From: a virus
Lineage: Duplodnaviria > Heunggongvirae > Uroviricota > Caudoviricetes
Length of the DNA: 64,000 nucleotides
Strand: one strand, 5' to 3'
Virus record (IMG/VR): IMGVR_UViG_2693429668_000006
The position numbers and the translations under genes are program-made. Shown piece after piece: positions 59,030 through 64,000 of this stretch. Numbering within the stretch: position 1 is the stretch's first letter; each line of letters begins with the position of its first letter. Below the pieces are notes generated by a model, which had not been told where the DNA came from, ran no database searches, and was given only the letters and a program-made list of their open reading frames with translations.

Positions 59030-59404
59030 TTACCACCAGGCGCAGAAGGTCAGTCTGTTATTGTGAAAGTCGTGGTTCTTAATCAGATCTTCCACAAGCT
59101 CTTTCAACTCCCCCACATCATGCCAGTAACCTTCATCGTACTCCTGACTGCCGAAGAAAAAACCTTCCCGGGTAGGCAAGTACTCTTCGCAATTACTTTC
59201 GTTTATGTGCATCAAATGAGCCTTCAGAAAACAAATGTCATTCATCGTTAATTCTAAAAGCTCACAATTTTCGACTTCACCTACGTTGCGCTCCATCCAC
59301 CCAACGAGCGCATTGAACTTACGGAAGTAAGCAACCTGCTTTCTGGATGCCTCGTTATTCAGATCGTTTTTAGGCTGTGTCTCGATATAGATATCAAGTC
59401 CCAT
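59030..59404 (-). CDS. hypothetical protein (accessory array)
   Basis: ATG at 59404 with SD AAGGAA. Confidence 0.4.
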   Translation of the reverse strand: MGLDIYIETQPKNDLNNEASRKQVAYFRKFNALVGWMERNVGEVENCELLELTMNDICFLKAHLMHINESNCEEYLPTREGFFFGSQEYDEGYWHDVGELKELVEDLIKNHDFHNNRLTFCAWW

Positions 59405-59490
59405 GATGGTTTCCTTATTAAGTTGCTTCAGTGAAATCATTTTCACAAATCAGATAAGGCAGAAAACAAATTGTTATCGGGCTTAATAAA

Positions 59491-59517
59491 ATGGCGCGGT
59501 TTACGCGCCATTTAAAG
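59491..59517 (-). terminator. rho-independent terminator after gene 59522..59917
   Basis: Hairpin ATGGCGCG-GTTTA-CGCGCCAT followed on minus strand by TTTATT. Confidence 0.5.
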
Positions 59518-59521
59518 AGGA

Positions 59522-59917
59522 TTAAGCGAATACGCTTTCAGGGATTAAGGTGTCGGCAGGAATGCCAGAGGTAATGCGCAGGCCGTACTGACCAATCCAG
59601 GTAGTGTTGGTATTCAGGTTGGAGGCGAATACGGTGTTAACCATATTCATCATGGTTTCAAACACCTCTTCATCAACCTGGCGGAAGTAGCTCTCGATTT
59701 TCAGCAGCAGCGGGTCAGTTGCATCGAGAATGGACTGGTATTGAGTCGCGTACTCGCCGTCGGAGTCATCACCTTTACGCACGATCGTACTGGCCTGTAC
59801 TTCGGCGCCAGTTTCGGTGTTGTACGTAACAACGGTGATTTTTGCCACATTCTTACCTTCGGCGGTTTCAGAGGCATAGTAAACATCAACTGTCAGTTTT
59901 TCGCGTTTAATGGTCAT
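59522..59917 (-). CDS. hypothetical protein (accessory array)
   Basis: ATG at 59917 with SD GGAGAG. Confidence 0.45.
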   Translation of the reverse strand: MTIKREKLTVDVYYASETAEGKNVAKITVVTYNTETGAEVQASTIVRKGDDSDGEYATQYQSILDATDPLLLKIESYFRQVDEEVFETMMNMVNTVFASNLNTNTTWIGQYGLRITSGIPADTLIPESVFA

Positions 59918-60043
59918 TTCACTCTCCGTAGTGTATTGGTTATTTTTATATTCTATGATCGTAAGTATGTACTTACAATACAAAAAAGCCCCGTAAGGAT
60001 GGCGGGGCTGTCGTACTGTCGACTAATTACCACTTGCACATTA

Positions 60044-60355
60044 TCAGGCTATTGCCATCACTGATGCTCTCTGAATCTCTTGCTGGGCCACGCGGTTAAC
60101 TTCCATCAAGGCCAGTTCGAGCTGATGTTCCGGCCACATTCTTTGAAATGCCACCCAGCCTTTTCCACGCTGGCGACGAACATTCATTACATAACGAGTA
60201 AAGGTGTTTTTATCGAAAGACACCGCTGTTTCACGGAACAGACGAATAGAGGTTCCATTGGCAACGATGTCCAGCAAAGTTAATTGAGCAACCAGCGCAG
60301 GCTTCTCTTTTCTCTTCTGGTCTTTGTCCAGACCAAGAACCAATGATTTTTTCAT
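60044..60355 (-). CDS. hypothetical basic protein, possible DNA-binding (accessory array)
   Basis: ATG at 60355 with SD GGAG; 103 aa. Confidence 0.4.
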   Translation of the reverse strand: MKKSLVLGLDKDQKRKEKPALVAQLTLLDIVANGTSIRLFRETAVSFDKNTFTRYVMNVRRQRGKGWVAFQRMWPEHQLELALMEVNRVAQQEIQRASVMAIA

Positions 60356-60508
60356 CACAACTCCGTAAACAACTTGTTTTCTCAATGGCGTAAATAATAC
60401 CAGTAAGAAAACGGCTACAAAGCATAATGATCAGGTGCATGATCGATATGCAGGTTCTTCCCTGCGGCTATAGAGAAATTAAGCCAGCAATGCTGGCTTT
60501 GGTTGGGA

Positions 60509-60838
60509 TTACGCGAATACCTCAAGAAACTCCTGAACGTCCCAATGCTGGACGAGGTGAAGATAGACCTTAGAAATCACGTCATTTTCGCTATCGCATG
60601 TGAAGTAGTACTTCTGGCTGCGGTTGTATGTGTCCACACAAAATTCGCTCATATCCATAAAGTCAGCATCTTCACCCATGTCGCAAATCATCAAAGCAGG
60701 TGCATCATCACGAGTCATCAGCTCAAGCACCCACCGCGAATTGATCAGAGTGGAAGACCAACCTTCCAGCTCATAGAACTGGTCAAACTCTTTTTGAGTC
60801 AATTTCTTGATTTGGTTGATGTCGATATGTGCAAACAT
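60509..60838 (-). CDS. hypothetical acidic protein (accessory array)
   Basis: ATG at 60838 with SD AAGGA; the first ATG in the ORF lies inside the conserved operator motif. Confidence 0.4.
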   Translation of the reverse strand: MFAHIDINQIKKLTQKEFDQFYELEGWSSTLINSRWVLELMTRDDAPALMICDMGEDADFMDMSEFCVDTYNRSQKYYFTCDSENDVISKVYLHLVQHWDVQEFLEVFA

Positions 60839-61202
60839 AAAGCAATCCTTAAACAACATGTTTTCTTGATGGTGTTATTATCGCAATAACGCACAGGCGA
60901 AAAAGGATTTTATTCCGGTGAATGTGGTTTTGGCAGTGAGTTTTCAGGTTCAGTACCGAGAACACTTTTTACATTATTCTGATTTAGTGGCCGAAGGTGG
61001 CTGGTGGGCAGAATAATCATCTCCCCGAAAACCTACTGAAATCGATTGTGACCCGTTGGCTGTCTGGCACAATTACGCTGTAGCTGGGCATTCAGAGGGA
61101 ATCCAGCGGTAAGTAAGTTCGCCTGCACGTGAGCGCCTCTCTTCTTCCCGCACATTACAGGTGGGTAGCCGCAACTCTCCCTCACGCTATACCGGTACGC
61201 CG

Positions 61203-61337
61203 CCGTTCCTGAACCGGCATCGAGCCTTTTCCCGAAACCCACACAGGCAACTCGACCGTTTCCCTGAAAACCTCCAGCCGTTCCCCGAAGGCAACCCAGC
61301 CGTTTCTGTAGCGGGATGCAACCTTTTCCCTGTATGG
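61203..61337. repeat. iteron cluster 2 (six CCGTTTCCC-type repeats phased about 21-22 bp)
   Basis: Repeats start at 61203, 61225, 61257, 61278, 61299, 61322. Confidence 0.6.
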
Positions 61338-62400
61338 ACCGAAGGCTGACCGTAGGGGTGTTACGGGGGATAAAATCAGGAGTTGAATAAATACGAAAAA
61401 GGAGGCGACACCCCTCCTTCCCTCCCCACTTATACATACCTGGCTTCTTCGCTATACATGTTGTGTTTTATCTGTCTCAACCTCTCTATAGGCGTTAATG
61501 CTCACTCCTTCCAGAATGTTCTATACGGCGACTATTTCTGTTGGTGAATTGGGCGTGTTGTTCTCTCTGTCGGTGTAAATGGTTTCGTTCGTTTTGCGGT
61601 GGTTCTTCTATGGGGTGTTCTCGTCGTTTTGGTGATTGTTCTTCTCCGTGTATGGAGTAATGGCAGGTGGGCGATTGCTTTCGTTATTGTGTTTGAGTTG
61701 TTTGTCTGGAGTGTGTGAAAGGCTTTTGTAGTTATTCGTGTATTGGGTAATGGCGTTTCCCGTGATTGTTATGTTTCGTGTCTTTTGGGATTGAGAGAAA
61801 CCTTGCGGTTACAGGCTTCGTTGGGGTTTCAGCGGTTCAGGTGTTTCTTCGCTGTTTGGGTAATGGCGTGTCGTGGGTATCGCGCGTATGAATGTTTTCG
61901 GATTGCCTGTGAAAGTTAGGTTGGTTGTCCGGTAGCCTGGGGAGAAGAGGTGGGTCTTTTCGGTAGCCTGCCATAAAGAGGTTGGTTGTTTTGGGGAATG
62001 GCATGTGTGTTATTTAGTTGTTTTGTTATGCCTGAAAATAAGTTGTTTATATGGTTGTGTAACGCAACGGGAACGATTTTGAGCGTGTGTTTTTGTTGGT
62101 AGTGTGTTGGGTCGTCTGTGGTGAAAATTGGACGCTGTGGCGCTGTCTGCTGCGTAGAATTACGGGTATAAGCAGTGATGTGTGAAAACGTCAATTTTTT
62201 AGACCAAATCGGATGAAAGCGTTGATGTTTCGTTGATCTGTTATTCAGTTGTTTTCTTGATTGTATAAACAACTATAACTTATTGATATTTAAGGATGTG
62301 ATTGCGGGTATGGAAGGGGAGTAGTGGCGATCAACGGATTCTTATAGAAAAGAATCAAATTGTGACCGCCATTATCAACGGTTTGAATCTGTTTGCAGAT

Positions 62401-62700
62401 TTACCAGTTCCAGCACTCAAGCCCTTCAACGACCGGCGCACCACAATCAAAATGTACAGAGTCAAAGCCTACATCAAGTACTTTCTGAATGTTAGCAATC
62501 GCGCCTTCGGATATACCATATCGACGCAAGTCGTCTTTCCAGACATCATCCTGTAACCCGGCGTGGACAATACAACCGCCGTCAATTTGCGAAACCCAAT
62601 CCAGCTCATTGCTTGCGATCATGAATCGGCGAGCATCTTCCTCTGATGTATGAGATGAGCTGATCAATGCCACCTGGTAGGCTTGGGTAATGTTCAACAT
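62401..62700 (-). CDS. hypothetical protein (last gene of element before host junction)
   Basis: ATG at 62700 with SD GGAG; operator-type motifs at 62713..62779 upstream. Confidence 0.4.
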   Translation of the reverse strand: MLNITQAYQVALISSSHTSEEDARRFMIASNELDWVSQIDGGCIVHAGLQDDVWKDDLRRYGISEGAIANIQKVLDVGFDSVHFDCGAPVVEGLECWNW

Positions 62701-62815
62701 TTCAACCACTCCAAAACAAGTTGTTTTCTTATGTGGTTTATTATCTCCATCAACAAAAGGCAGAAAACAAATTGTTTTAGGTACTGTGTAAATCAGAAGG
62801 GATTGTGTCTATATG

Positions 62816-62848
62816 AAAATGCCCGGCGTGTTGCCGGGCATTGCGAAG
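62816..62848 (-). terminator. metG transcription terminator
   Basis: Hairpin GCCCGGCAACACGCCGGGC directly after metG stop on minus strand. Confidence 0.5.
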
Positions 62849-62861
62849 AGAGGTTGTTTAA

Positions 62862-64000
62862 TTACTTAACCTGGTGGCCAGGTTTAGCACCAGCATCCGG
62901 GCTTAACAGGAAGATATCTTTCCCACCGGGGCCAGCAGCCATCACCATACCTTCGGAGATACCGAAGCGCATTTTACGCGGAGCCAGGTTAGCCACCATA
63001 ATGGTGTGACGACCAATCAGTGCCTGTGGGTCTGGATAAGCAGAACGGATGCCTGAGAAGACATTGCGTTTTTCACCACCTAGATCCAGCGTCAGACGCA
63101 GCAGTTTGTCAGAGCCTTCAACAAACTCCGCGTTTTCAATCAGCGCCACGCGCAGGTCAACTTTGGCGAAGTCATCAAAGGTGATGGTTTCCTGAATCGG
63201 ATCGTCTGCCAGCGGGCCAGTAACTGGCGCGGCAGTGGCTTTCACTTCTTCTTTAGAGGCTTCCACCAGTGCTTCAACCTGCTTCATGTCGATGCGGTTA
63301 TACAGTGCTTTGAACGGATTAACTTTGTGCGCCAGCAGCGGTTGCTGGATACCATCCCAGGTCAGTTCTGTATTCAGGAATGCTTCTGCACGTTCAGTCA
63401 GTTTCGGCAGTACCGGCTTCAGGTACGTCATCAGCACGCGGAACAGGTTAATGCCCATAGAGCAAATCGCCTGCAGATCGGCATCGCGTCCTTCCTGCTT
63501 CGCCACCACCCACGGAGCCTGTTCATCGACATAGCGGTTAGCCAGGTCAGCCAATGCCATGATTTCACGGATAGCTTTACCAAATTCGCGGCTTTCCCAT
63601 GCTTCGCCAATCACTTCAGCGGCATCAGTAAAGGTTTTGTACAGTTGCGGGTCAGCCAGTTCGCTTGCCAGCACGCCGTCAAAACGCTTGTTGATAAAGC
63701 CTGCATTACGGGAGGCCAGGTTAACCACTTTGTTCACGATATCGGCATTCACGCGCTGAACGAAATCCTCCAGGTTGAGATCGATATCATCAATGCGCGA
63801 AGAGAGTTTCGCAGTGTAGTAGTAACGCAGGCTGTCAGCGTCAAAATGATTCAGCCAGGTGCTGGCTTTAATAAAGGTGCCGCGAGACTTGGACATCTTT
63901 GCGCCGTTCACCGTCACATAGCCATGAACAAACAGGTTGGTCGGCTTGCGGAAGTTGCTGCCTTCCAGCATGGCAGGCCAGAACAGGCTGTGGAAGTAAA
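62862..64000 (-). CDS. metG: methionyl-tRNA synthetase, C-terminal part (5' end beyond window)
   Basis: Translation ends ...[23 protein letters not shown] and matches the enterobacterial MetG anticodon-binding and C-terminal tRNA-binding domains. Confidence 0.9.
   Translation of the reverse strand, partial: YFHSLFWPAMLEGSNFRKPTNLFVHGYVTVNGAKMSKSRGTFIKASTWLNHFDADSLRYYYTAKLSSRIDDIDLNLEDFVQRVNADIVNKVVNLASRNAGFINKRFDGVLASELADPQLYKTFTDAAEVIGEAWESREFGKAIREIMALADLANRYVDEQAPWVVAKQEGRDADLQAICSMGINLFRVLMTYLKPVLPKLTERAEAFLNTELTWDGIQQPLLAHKVNPFKALYNRIDMKQVEALVEASKEEVKATAAPVTGPLADDPIQETITFDDFAKVDLRVALIENAEFVEGSDKLLRLTLDLGGEKRNVFSGIRSAYPDPQALIGRHTIMVANLAPRKMRFGISEGMVMAAGPGGKDIFLLSPDAGAKPGHQVK

Larger units (their letters stand above)
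1..62800. mobile_element. Large phage-derived element (prophage or integrated phage-plasmid); left end outside window, right boundary about 62780-62860 next to metG
   Basis: Contiguous phage structural, lysis, replication, partition and integrase genes; tRNAs that differ from host tRNA sequences; host gene metG begins immediately to the right. Confidence 0.7.

Noticed and set aside
61033-61437. ORF-track ORF of 134 aa on the minus strand
   Set aside because: Covers the phased iteron cluster, lacks a convincing ribosome-binding site and has an implausible Gly/Arg/Cys-rich composition; more likely a non-coding origin-like region
61440-62290. Possible CRISPR array or tandem-repeat locus in the GT-rich tract
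   Set aside because: Short motifs recur but without regular repeat-spacer periodicity or a conserved repeat of 25-40 bp; no cas genes in the window
62862-64000. metG as cargo of the mobile element
   Set aside because: The sequence matches the enterobacterial housekeeping MetG C-terminus and element-specific motifs stop before its terminator; treated as host flank
1-64000. Transposase or insertion-sequence genes, rRNA genes
   Set aside because: No DDE or serine-transposase-like ORF with terminal inverted repeats and no rRNA-like sequence was recognised on reading the ORF translations

Overview
The window is almost entirely a large phage-derived element (more than 62.8 kb; left end lies outside the window) whose right end abuts the 3' end of host metG (62862..64000, minus strand). 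Nearly all genes are on the minus strand. Recognisable modules: a lambda-like siphovirus morphogenesis block (small and large terminase, portal, scaffold, major capsid, Ig-like decoration protein, head-tail genes, major tail protein, G and G-T chaperones with a -1 frameshift, tape measure, M, L, K, I, J-like tip protein, Stf-like side fibre); a lysis-like cassette; replication genes (ATP-dependent DNA ligase, DnaG-like primase, DnaB-like helicase, SF2 helicase); a ParA plus small RHH partner cassette and two ParB-nuclease-domain genes; a tyrosine integrase; a glutaredoxin; a cluster of four phage-type tRNAs; and a TacA/TacT-like toxin-antitoxin pair. Several AT-rich accessory islands stand out as candidate undescribed systems: a solitary KAP-type P-loop NTPase, a membrane protein plus a repeat-flanked lipoprotein cassette, a Sel1-repeat secreted protein, and an array of small genes each with its own promoter and terminator. 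Non-coding highlights are two clusters of CCGTTTCCC-type iterons with about 21-22 bp phasing, an about 850 bp GT-skewed non-coding tract, a recurring AACAAnTTGTT operator-like palindrome, and pervasive TAAGTA..TACTTA palindromes. The gene content (partition genes, iterons, lambda-like tail, CobT-like gene, ligase) is reminiscent of SSU5/pHCM2-type phage-plasmids, here apparently inserted in the chromosome; that assignment is from memory and not verified. No rRNA, CRISPR array or transposase was recognised. All functional calls rest on motifs read by eye and gene order; no database search was run.
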